Source: Camelus dromedarius | Lineage: Eukaryota | NCBI RefSeq assembly: GCF_036321535.1 | Contig: NC_087438.1 | Coordinates: 870,001-934,000 of the forward strand | Length of the DNA: 64,000 bases | Reading direction: 5' to 3' | Shown here: piece after piece, positions 23,191-33,606 of the stretch | How the letters are laid out: each line of letters starts with the position of its first letter | Numbering within the stretch: the stretch's first letter is position 1 | Translations under genes and position numbers: made by a program | Notes under the pieces: generated by a model | Databases searched by the model: none | What the model saw: the letters and a program-made list of their open reading frames with translations, nothing else | Told to the model about the DNA's origin: nothing

Positions 23191-26100
23191 TAAATCCCAG
23201 ACGGCTCCTGTCTCTAACTGTGATGTGTGCTCTTACTTGAAGCTGTTGACGCACACGTCTGGATGTCACCGGGACGCTGTGCTTTGGAGAAAAGTTAGTC
23301 AACAGGGGCTGGAGGTGGCTGGTTCAAATTCTGAATTCTAATTCCGCCCCCTGCTCACTGGCGTCCGTGGGAGTGGCTGCCTCCAGGCCCTGCTTCCTCT
23401 CTGATCATTGTCAGGAGATTTGCAGAGGAAACCACCAAGCGAGCGGTCCAGCCTCATACTTGTCCCGGCACCGAGGAAGTGAGCGGGGGTGGGGGGCGGG
23501 GGCGCCCAGAGCCGCCTCCAGCGTCAAACGTCGAGGGGCAGTAAGATCTAAGGAAACTGACTTTTCCCCTTGTGAAAAAGAAACCCCGGGGAATTCTGCA
23601 TGTGGCAACACAGTATATTTGAGGTGAACTCGTGAAGTGTCCACAACGCTGCTTGTTGCTTTAAACTGTTACTATGATTCACGAAGTGTCTTCAACAAAA
23701 CAGTTTGGGGTCACTTCCTCATTCCTGGCATCCAGCCTGTCTTCCCGGGGGTGTGGGGCATCCCAGGGGCACAGCACTGCCCGGGGTTACGGGCATGCCT
23801 CCCACGTTGCTAAGCATCCACAGGCAATTCCTGCAGGTGGGGCGGTGACAGGAGACGGATCCTCTGAGCAGTTAGCCACGCAGGAGCCCCTCTGTGGCCC
23901 TTGCAACCTCGTCCCCCGTCATTTCTGCAGCCATGGTTGTACTGAACAAGCATGAGATGTGAAAATGGGTTCCGTGTGTAGCACACACACCGGGAAATGC
24001 GATGGGTCTCCCCGCACCCAAGGAGGTGCCCAGTAGATCTAAATCCCCACGATGGAAAGCAGGCGTTCACTCGTCCTGCTGTGGAGTCCGTTACGTCTCG
24101 GGGTCAGGGCTTGGAGGGGGCGGTCGGGACGCCTGCGGCCCAGGGCTCCCTGCAGGTGGCTGGGTGGGGAGGCGGAACCCGGCACCAGACACCTCGCCTG
24201 TTTCGGGCCTTTGGGGCCACAGGGCTGCTGAACACGCCTCCCCTAGCTCACGCGAGTCCAGGCGCGAAGATGCACAGGGACCGCCTGAAGCAGACGTTCT
24301 TCAGAAGGTGCGTCCTGCAGTGCTGTCTGTCCTTAGAATCGCATTCCACCTCAAGACGTAACTCGCAGTAAAATCTGCAGCAAACCCGACCACCACGCGC
24401 CCTCGTCCATGCCGCGCCTGTGGCTCCCGCTCCTGCGCCGTCAGCCCCACGCGCTGCATGCAGCTGGCGCGTAGGCTCCAGCTTAATCTTTTTATCTTAA
24501 TCCTTTAGGACTTTTTAAAAAAACCTCAGTAGTAAAGGAAGTTTCGTGTAACAGGAGAGTCAGTGGAAAATAAGACCAGTGCGTGTGTCAGCACCTGACT
24601 GTGTTGCGGGTTCCCCTTTGCCTGTTGGCGCCGCCGTCTCCCCCCACGGCATCGTGGGGTCGGATCTCAGTTGTCACCTCATTGAACGGTTGTTTGTCAC
24701 TGCTGGGGACCCCGGGCCTTGCCTTGGCTGAGGTCCTTTCAGAGCCTCAGTGCCAACTAGTTTCCTGACCACCAGACACGTAAGGGACGCCTGGATGTCA
24801 GCGCAGCTCAGGGGTGCGGGCGGAAGGAGGCAGAGCCGTCGGCAGTGTGCGTGGAGGGGACGCAGCCCAGAGGGAAGGGGTGGGGGAGACCGTGGCAGGG
24901 CAGGGGTCACCCTGAAGGCTGCTGGCTGGGGCCAAGAGGTTACTCACTGGGGGGCCAAGTTCAGGGGGATCACGGTGGGAGAACAGAAGTGACGGCACTC
25001 GGGGCCCCGCGGTCTCCGGTGAGCCTCAGAGCATGGGCGGTGGGGGGCAGTAAAGGCCCCCGAGTGCCTCCCTCACCCCCCCTGCCAGCCTCAGTGACGC
25101 CTGCAGCGTCCCAGGGCCCGTGCCTCCGTGTTCACTGTTCTTGCAGGGAGAACGGCTCTAACAAAAGTCCTCGGTTCCAGGAAACAAGGCCTCGTCCCTC
25201 CTCTCTGGGCCAGGCAAGCCCAGGGCCAGCCTCAGGGACCCCGACCTCCAGCCCGTGTCTGTCCCCCAGACGCAGGCCTGCCGCCTTGGCGTCCACGGGA
25301 GGGGCTGGCTGACGGCACGAGGGCAGGGAGCGCTCACCCACCAGCCACAGAGACAACAGCCGTCCCACCCAGGGCTCTGAGGAGCAACCACCCTCCAGCT
25401 CCAGGGGCCCCGCTTCCCTGGTCTTTCTGGAATGTTCTCGGGGATGAAGGGAGGAGGTGGGGGTGGGGCTGTCCCTTCCCCTGGTAAGGTCACAGCTCTG
25501 GGCGGTGGGCTGCCACACAACCTCCCCACCTCTGTGACGGCAAGGAGAAAAATCCAAACGCGGCCCTGGCCGAGGGGCGTGGGGCTGAGGGGGGCCAGAG
25601 GTCACAGGGCAGGGCTCCCCCAGGGAGTGGCCCAGCCGCGCTGGGCTCTGTGCTCCCGGGTCCAGGCTGCGGGCCGGCGGTGGGGAGGGTCCCAGGTTTG
25701 GGGGCGCAGGGCCGGACCTTGGCCCCTCCCGTGCTCTGGGTTGTTGCTGCGGACCTAAAGCATTTGCAAGTTTGCCGTTTCTTTTCCATCCTAAACAAAC
25801 GCTCTGTCCTCCCTTATCTGCTATGTGGTTTTACACCTTTTTCTTAAAGAAAACGCTGACAGTTGAGCAGGCTTCAGGCCTCATGACCTGTTTTCCAGTC
25901 CGCAGCCCGGAATGGCCACCTGCTCCCTGAATCCTTGGCTGCTCTGCTAGCGTGCCGCCATGCGGACTCTGCGGGGTGAGCTACGGGGGCCCCGGGAGAC
26001 CCTGGATGGTTCCTCCTCCTGGGATGGGCCTCTCCAGGCCCCACAGGGGCCTGCCTGCCTCAGCCACTGGCTCTGGGGATGTCTCCCTGATGGCTTTGTC

Positions 26101-26899
26101 TCCATGGTCTGACGGAACTCACTGGAGTGACATGACTTGGGACAGGCTGGACATGGCCGGGGGCCTGGGCTGGTGGGAGAGGTGCAGCACAGGGCGGTGA
26201 GCGCGTCCAGCCTCGGCTCAGTCAGGGGTCCCCAGCCATCCCCAGCTGGCCTGGCCAGAGGGCTCTTCCCTGGCGCCACGAGTCGGTCCAGAGGTGTCCC
26301 CAACACTGCTCGTTCATTTGGGGCGTGTTCTGAGCCAGGTGGCCTCACCACAGGTGGACACTCTGCCTCCACTGGCCAGACGTGCCACGGACGCCTATCC
26401 CAAGGAGACTGTCCCTGTTGGCAAACCCTGGGGAGCTGTGGCCACGCAGTGGCCCCACCAGCCGCATGTGAAGAGGCTGCTGGGGTATCCACGGAGGCCC
26501 CCGTCTCCTGGGACCCCAGGGCGGGGCTGTCCTCGAAGCCACCCCTCCCAGCGCCAGGACACCATCCACACCTCCAGGCCAGCCGGCACTCATCCTCCTC
26601 GTGTAGACCGGCCCCTGACCACTTGCATGGTGGCCTCACTGCCCACCCGGGGCCCCTCACTAGCCGCGTCTCATCTCTGCTCCAGAAAAACAGAAACCTG
26701 CCCGCAGGCGCCCTCACCTCGCTTTTGCCGCCGGGCGCCCTTTCTCAGCGGAAGCTCCTCCAGGCGAGCTGCGTCCTGTCAGAGTCAGAGCCGCCCCGTG
26801 TGGCGGCGCACGGCCTCGCTCGTCACCTGGCAGGTCGGAGGGGCAGAGCACAGCCCTCCTGGCTCCCGGGTGCTGCCTGTCACTGGTCACTGAGGATGC

Positions 26900-27134
26900 G
26901 CGGGTGTCCTGAGGGCCAGCCCCCCGAGGACAGGGGTGTGCGATTATCTGGTCCCAGGGCTCTCGGGGGACGGTCCGGCACAGTCACAGTCTCTTGGAGG
27001 AACGAGTCTGGTGGGGCGAGGAGAGAGCGTGTGAGGCGGCGCAGGGGGAGAGTGGGCTGGATGCCGCTGGGTTGTACACTTAGCGTTAAAACGGCAGATC
27101 TTACATGACGTTTATTTTACCACAGTTTTAAAAG
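26900..27134 (+). mobile_element. L1MB-like 3' end, strongly GC-shifted
   Basis: Terminus 'atgccgctgggttgtacacttagcgttaaaacggcagatcttacatgacgtttattttaccacagttttaaaa' matches the recalled L1MB-type end (atgccactgaattgtacactt...gttaaaatggtaaattttatgttatgtatattttaccac). Confidence 0.65.
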
Positions 27135-27139
27135 ACACA

Positions 27140-28100
27140 AGTGAATACGTGGCTAAACGTGGAAAGTGTAACCTGAAAGGTGAAAACTGGAGACTGCCTT
27201 TTTTGACAGTCTTATTTTATTTAACGTATGAACAATGTTTTGCTGAAGTACAGCTGGCTTGCAGTGCTGTGTGCCAGCAACGTGCTCAGTTACACGCACG
27301 TGTGCTCTGTCACACCCCTCCTTACTCTGGGCCATTGCAAGACCCCGAAGGCCGTTCCCTCGCTGTGCGGCAGGCCGGGCCGTCGCTCAGTGTGTGTCTG
27401 TTCACCTCGGGCTCCTCCTTCACCCGTCCCCGACCTCCCCCTCTGGGGACCGCAAGTTCGAGTTCTGTGTGTGGGAGCCTGCCTCTGTTTCGTAGATGGG
27501 TTTGTTTGTATTGCTTTTTTTAGCTTCTACATGTAAGTGTTGTCGTGTGTGTCTTTCTCTGGAGATTATCTTAACGACTTTGCGGTAGAGGAGAATTCCT
27601 TACTAAGTTCAGCAAAAGCACAAGCCAAAGAGAGACATTTAAACTACGTTGGAAAAGCCTCACCTTAAACCAGCTGAAAATAAAAGCCGCAACTGGGCAA
27701 AAAGATGGTTACGGTGAATGCGGTTAGAAGAACCAGCCGCCTCTGATAACATAAGGACTTCTATTTGGCTCTGAGAAAGCAGAGGGACCCGCACTGCGGG
27801 GAACGCGCACACAGGCAGTTCCCAGACGGGGACGCTCGTGGGGCGGGCAGGGTCAGAGAGACGCTCGCGCCTGCTGGTACCCAGGACATGCGCCCCTGCG
27901 CCCCAGCCCGAGGGCCCGCCGAGGCCGGAGCTGGAGGCCAGCCCGCTGTGGAGCGCGGGCTGAGCGCAGCCCATCGGGGAACCCGTGTGCAGACACCAGA
28001 AGAGAAGATGCACACGCCTGTGACCCAGGAGCTCGCTCCTTGGAGCACACCCCGGAGAAACCCCACAGAGGAGGAGGATGTGTGTCTTGGAGTTGTGAGA
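27140..28100 (+). mobile_element. Old L1M ORF2/3' remnant, interrupted at ~27200-27560 and strongly GC-shifted
   Basis: 'ggagattatcttaacgactttgcggtagaggagaattcctta...caaaagcacaagcc' and 'gaagatgcacacgcctgtgacccaggagctcgctccttggagcacaccccggagaaacc' correspond to conserved L1 motifs. Confidence 0.6.
27205..27560 (-). mobile_element. Cetartiodactyl-type L1 3' end, heavily diverged
   Basis: Collinear with the copy at 13578-13837 ('gctgaagtacagctggcttgcagtg...gttccctcgctgtgcggcagg...ggggaccgcaagttcgagttctgtgtgtgggagcctgcctctgtttcgtagatggg'). Confidence 0.75.
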
Positions 28101-31100
28101 AGCTGGGTGTCCGTCAAGGAGGGAAGTGGTAGGTGAAGACAGCAGAGTCGTGGGTGGAGCTGGCGTACTGACAGCCCCAGGCTAGGCGCAGCCCCAGGTC
28201 CCGGAGGTCGCGTGAGAGCCTCAGGAGCATGGGAGCAACGGAGACCAAAGAAGAGGGCGTGGAGCGTGAGGGGGAAGCTGAGGCAGCCCTTTGCGTGGAG
28301 CCTCGGGGTCTTTCTGAGACGTGGAGCAGATTTTGGCAAGTAGACACGGACAGCGATGAAACATGGTTTGGAAAGTTGAAGCAACGGTGAATGAACCTAG
28401 CGTGGCTGTGTGGGGACAAAGGCAGTGGTGGGGGACCAGCACGGCGGGGGGACCACGGGGTCCCACGGTGGCAGCTGAGTGCTGTGTAGAAAAGCAGGCA
28501 GACTGGCTCCGCAGCCAGAGGAGGGGGTGCGGTGCTGAGAGCCCCTATAGGTGCCGAATTATGAATGTAAATTGCATGTATTGAGCTTAAATTGGATGAT
28601 GAATCCGTGGCTTTTGATACGTTTAGTTTGAATCTTAGTTTTTGGATTTTATTTTTACGTTTGAGAGGAAGAGTGTCGTCCTAACAAGGAACTGACGGCT
28701 AACAGCATTTACATGAGTCTACTTTTCAACGCAGCTCAGCGGCCAAGCCCTTTCACTTTCAGAGTAAAATTAAAGAGAACTCACATGTCGTTTGTCCTGA
28801 GTGCTTCTGGTGGCGTCAGCGCCTCTGAGGGTGACGGCCTTTCACGGGGCTTGGAGTGACAGCTGGGGGATCATCTCAGGCCGACACTTGGCACAGACGG
28901 CTCTCAGCCCACTGTGCTTTTGAAGGGGAGGATTTGATCTCAATTATTCCATTCAGCTTTGTTGAAGGAGAGTAAGAAAAAGCGTTTACCCCAGCTTCAG
29001 TTCTACAGGATTTTTATTTTGAATCGAATTGCAGTGGCCCTGGCAGGCAGCGAGCTTTCTGCACGGACCGACATTTTGGCAACTTGCGAGAAAAAAAGAA
29101 ACCCCATTGACACCAGCCAGAGTTTCAGGAACAGCCGGCCCACGTTCCCGCCGTGGCTGTGCTGTGATGTTGAGCCAGCACGACACACAGACCCCTCTGC
29201 CCCCGCTGGACGCTGGCCAGGCGGCCTCAGTCTATGGGGCAAGATCGCTCAGCGTGTGAAGCCAGCTCAGCCCAACAGCAACCCTCTGTTCCCCTCCTGA
29301 CAGGCTTTGAACACGGAGGGTCCCGCCCCTGCCACGGATGCGGCGATGGACTCGCAGATGGGCCCGGAGAGGAAGCGCTGTAACTGGGTCAGCAGCCGGG
29401 GGACGGGGCAGAGGGCGCCCGACTCTGGTCCAGTGGGTGAGCCCCGTCCTGTGGATTCCCCAGAGGTGCCAGCAGCTGTGGGGCCTCACGGCCTCCTTTC
29501 CCTCCCCTTCCCGAGGAGCTTCTGGGGAGTGGGCGCTGGCGTGAGCCAGCCCTCTTCAGACCCCACAGACTCAGAGCCAGGAGCCTGGTTTTGGGAAGAC
29601 CTCCTTTGTGCCTACTTTGCCGGAATTGTTGTTGTAGTCAGTTCTCTCTCTGTCTCTTCTTTTTGGCCTTTGACACCTGAGCTGTTTGGATGGTGCCTGG
29701 AAGGCAGGGGGAGGGGCTCCCCGACACCAGAGGGGAAACCACAACCAGTGATGCTCCCTGGGGGGCCTGGAGGGCCCCAGACACAGCCAAAGGGGCCGCT
29801 CTGGTCACCACTCTTCACCTGACACGGGGAGGGGTACAGATGCCCTCAGCTCCCCAGCCCCACCCGGACGGGGAGACTGCTGGAGGTCGTCGGTCACAGG
29901 CGCCCGCAGGCCACCAGGGCCAAGCCAGCGGAACTGAGGCGCGCCGGGCTGAGGCCCAGGTGGGCTGCGGCTGGTTTGAGGGTGGGGCCTTGCTGTCTCA
30001 GGCCTTAGGACAAGCCCCCTGTCCTAAGGGGGGGGGGCCGGCCGCCGTGTGACTGTTCTTGGCTGTCCTGACGTTCTGATCCGGGACCCACGCACAGCTC
30101 CTAGGAGGCGACGGTGCCGCTTTGCGGGGCAGAAGCTGCTGGGCCGGCCCGTCTTCAGGAAGCAGCGGAGCAGAAAGAGCAGAGGGAGCGCTTCCTGTGG
30201 CTCTTCCGGGGCCCTGGCCCGGTCCCCAGAGCGACGCCTGGCCTGGCCCCACGGGGTGGAACTGGCAGCTGGCGGTCAGCCAGGGGCCGGGTGGAGCTGA
30301 GCGCTCCGTCCCTCCAGGCAGACCCTGCAGTCCCAGTGGGCTCCCCGTGGGGTCTCCCCCCCAACTCCTCCCCTCTCTCCGCCGAAGTGTCGGGGGTGTC
30401 ACTTGTGCACTTTCCCGCCTCTCTGAGGCCCAGGGGGCGCAGAGACATCAGGTGGGCGATCTGGAAGCTGTCGGGGTGTGTTTTGAGCTTAGCCACACTG
30501 GGGAGGGGGAAGGATGGGAGATTCTGGAGGTGAGTGAGGCAGGGCCCACGCGCCCAACAGACATTCTGCAGGCTGAGCCGCACATGAGGCAGGGCAGGGG
30601 CAGGAGGTGGGCCAGGGCCTGGTCACCGCGTGTCCTTGGTCGAGGCTGGGCGCCCTTCCTCTGTGGAGTGACCAGACTGGTCCCCCCGCCCCGATGCCTT
30701 TGTGTATTTGAACTGTAGTTTGCAAGGCTGAACACATGCCCATCCAAGGCTCACCCTGAGGGCAGCACCCAGCGCCCGGTCAGACGCCCGCGAGGCTCAG
30801 GCCGCCGTGGCTGCGACTGACCCCGGGTGACCGCTGCCCTCTGACCGCAAGGCCGCGGCACCGCCATGGGTGCAGTTTTCTCCGGGACGTAGCGTGTGAG
30901 GCTTCAGTTTTAGGACAGATTAATTTGGAAACTGCCTTTTCTGCTAAAGCAAGGGTTCTCCAACCTCGCGCAAGGGTTCTCCGACTAATGAGTCTTTAGT
31001 TCTAAAGTGTCTTGGGGGCACCCGGACTGAGCCCAGGACCTCGTGCGCGCTACGCGGGCGCCCCACCCCGAGCTCTACCCCCACCCCCGCCCCACGTTTC

Positions 31101-32551
31101 TTTTTTTGACTGAGCGCTGCTTTTACGTGTCTGTGTCTGGACGGCCAGGCCGCCCCGCTGTGCGCAGGAAGCGTGCTGCTGCCTCTGCTTGCCTTTTGAA
31201 CAGTATCTGATGGCTTCGATTACACACTGAGGGAGGGGGCGGAGGAGTGGTGTCTCGGGACCCCAGCCGTGTGGCTGCCCAGCTCACCCAGGAGCCGGCC
31301 AGCGTGGCCGGGGGCCTGTCTCCAGCTGGGCCGGGGGTGTGTCCCAACCCTCGACCGACTGCTGCTGGGAGGGAGGGAGGGTCACCACGACTGGTCCCCC
31401 CACCCCTGCTGCCCCCCTGACTCTTGCAGAGCCTTGTCCACTTTTGGGCTCCACGTCCCCCTCCGGAGCCGCAGAGGGTGTTTCGTGCTGTGCTAATATT
31501 TACTGAGCGCTGGGATCTGAGGTTCCTTCCCAGAAAGGCTCTCAGGTGTTTCCTGCAAAAGGATGTGTTGGGCCCCACCTCCCACTCCCCTCCCTCTGCA
31601 AACAGTGCCAGGCTCCGGTTGTCCACGGAATTCCACCTGCTCCAGGTGACGCCCCAGCCCTTCCTGTCATTCTTCTCGCAGTTGACAGTTTGTGGTTCTG
31701 CTTGTGGGGAACACAGGGCTGGCCCGGGCTTTCCAGGAGCAGGAGGCAGGCGGGAGCTGCGCATCGGGACCCGCGGGGTCTGAGCTGCAGCGGGACGGCC
31801 GGGTCAGCGAGTCAACCTGCTGTTCGCGAGGCTGCGTGAATCGGTGACCTGGCCTGTGCTTTTCTCAATGGAATGAAGTTATCTGGGGGTCCCGTCCTGT
31901 CCTGCAAGGATGCGGTCAAGTCTGGGTGATTTAGGACCGTGAGGAATCCACACGGAGGGGAGGGGGCTGGGCCTGGGCCATCATTTTCCTTCCAGATCTT
32001 AGCATAGGTGTGGCCGTCTCATCGGGCTCCCCCACCTGCATGTCTTCCCAGCTGCTTGGACCAAGCTCCAGCGTGTAACCTGCTTTCCCACGGGCTCCCC
32101 CACATCAACTCCAGGACACGGAAGCACCTTCCGAGCTCAGACTGCGACCTGGGGAGGGGGCGGCTCGAGGAAGGCTGCCCCAAGGGAGAAATCTCCACAG
32201 GCAGTGAGGCTGGAGGAGTGAGGATGTCCTCAGAAGGGGGGACAGAAGTGAGGGGTGGACTTGGGGATGGACTCGGGGATGGAAGCCAAGGGGAGGGAAC
32301 GTGTGGGAGCTGGCCCAGCACCTGGCCTGCAAGGGTTGGGGAGCTCAACGCAGGGAAGGGACCCGAAGTCCTGCGAACACATGCAACCCTCAGAATTACA
32401 CTTCTGCCCACCATTTATGATACTGAAAAATCTTAGGAAGATATTCTATGCAAATGACAGGACACAGACAGCGTGCCCCCAGCCCCGAGAGTCTGAACAT
32501 GGAAACGTCTGGGAAGGCCGGGCCGTGGTTTACCTTTCTCCCTGTCGCTTC

Positions 32552-32989
32552 TGTCAATGGTAAATTAACTCGTCAATCGAAGAAAAATGAAAATTTTATT
32601 CAAGCCAAACTGAGGATTATAAATGAGGAACACCAAAGCAGAAAGCTCGGAGAGCTGTTCCCCCATTAGCGGTCAAAGCACAGTTACACAGGTTTTTTGA
32701 GACGGAAGACTGGGCTTTAAACAACGTTTTTATTACCGACAGTTTACACAACCCACATCTGTGTCATCGTAGCCCCTTCCAAGAGCAAGACGGAATGCTG
32801 TCTTTTGAGGGGCTGTCTTGCTGATGCCAGGAGAACGTTGCCCTTTCTGGATGAGCAGGTGTTTCTGCTGTTGGGGACGCCTGGCCCATGCCTCGTGCAG
32901 CAGTGGGGAGAGGAGGCCGAAGGGCAGAGGACATTGTTTAATGTCTAAATTTTTTGGGCCTTGCCATAAAACGTGACTTTTCCTTCACA
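32552..32989 (-). mobile_element. ERV1-like solo LTR (438 bp)
   Basis: TG...CA termini, perfect 4-bp TSD CTTC (32548-32551 / 32990-32993), minus-strand AATAAA near 32595, and homology to 51568-51991. Confidence 0.8.
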
Positions 32990-33254
32990 CTTCTCTGCCT
33001 CTTCGATTCTATTGCATCAGCGTAAGTTGCTTTCATAAGTTGAAAAGGGTTGATCGTTGTGGGGCCTGGGTTCAGAGGTAAAGCTCTGTCTGGATATTTG
33101 TCTGACTCTGACCTGCTACTGGCGGGCGACTGCCCTAGAGAGCCGGGCGAGAGGGCCGGGGTCACTGTCTGCACACGGGGACCTGCTGTGTGGAGGTGCC
33201 CTCTCAAACCGCAGCCTATGGAAGGACCCTCAGACTCGCATGCCCCAGGTGGAA

Positions 33255-33606
33255 CATGCGGGTGGAGGTGGGTTTCCAGAAGGCTACCCCGGGCTGAGCC
33301 TGCCCACGCACCGGGAGGCAGGAGGTCCGAAGTGAAGGTGTTCCTCCTGAGACTCCAGGCCCCTCTCCAGCTCCTGCAGGTGCTGGCCGTCGCCGGTGTC
33401 CTTGGCCCGTGAGTCCCCCTCGGTGTGCCTGTCTGCATCCAAATGCCCCCTTTTACAAGGATACCAGCTCTGTTGGGTTAGGCCACCCTAATGACCTCAT
33501 TTTAGCTCGATTACCGTTGTGAAGACCTGTCTCCAAACAAGGTCACGTCCCGAGGTCCTGGGTTTCAGAAGTCTGACAGGTCTGCTGGGAGACACGGTTC
33601 AGCCCT
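33255..33606 (-). mobile_element. MaLR MLT1 (B/C-like) LTR
   Basis: 'ccaaatgcccccttttacaaggataccagc...ggccacccctaatgacctcattttagctcgattacc...gaagacctgtctccaaacaaggtcacgtcccgaggtcctggg'. Confidence 0.8.

Noticed and set aside
22886..23341. ORFs with poly-Cys or poly-Thr tracts
   Set aside because: They are translations of the (GTT)11 microsatellite.
26137..27108. 323-aa plus-strand ORF (and similar long ORFs at 43666-44511 and 56905-57801)
   Set aside because: No recognisable domain, low-complexity composition, overlap with decayed repeats or CpG-rich DNA, and overlapping ORFs in several frames.
30003..30029. Perfect 10-bp hairpin ccttaggaca-N7-tgtcctaagg followed by a G run
   Set aside because: About one such stem is expected by chance in 64 kb, it is too short for a pre-miRNA, and there is no supporting context.
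30949..30982. Direct repeat gcaagggttctcc x2 with a short spacer (CRISPR-like)
   Set aside because: Only two 13-bp copies in eukaryotic DNA with no cas genes; a simple local duplication.
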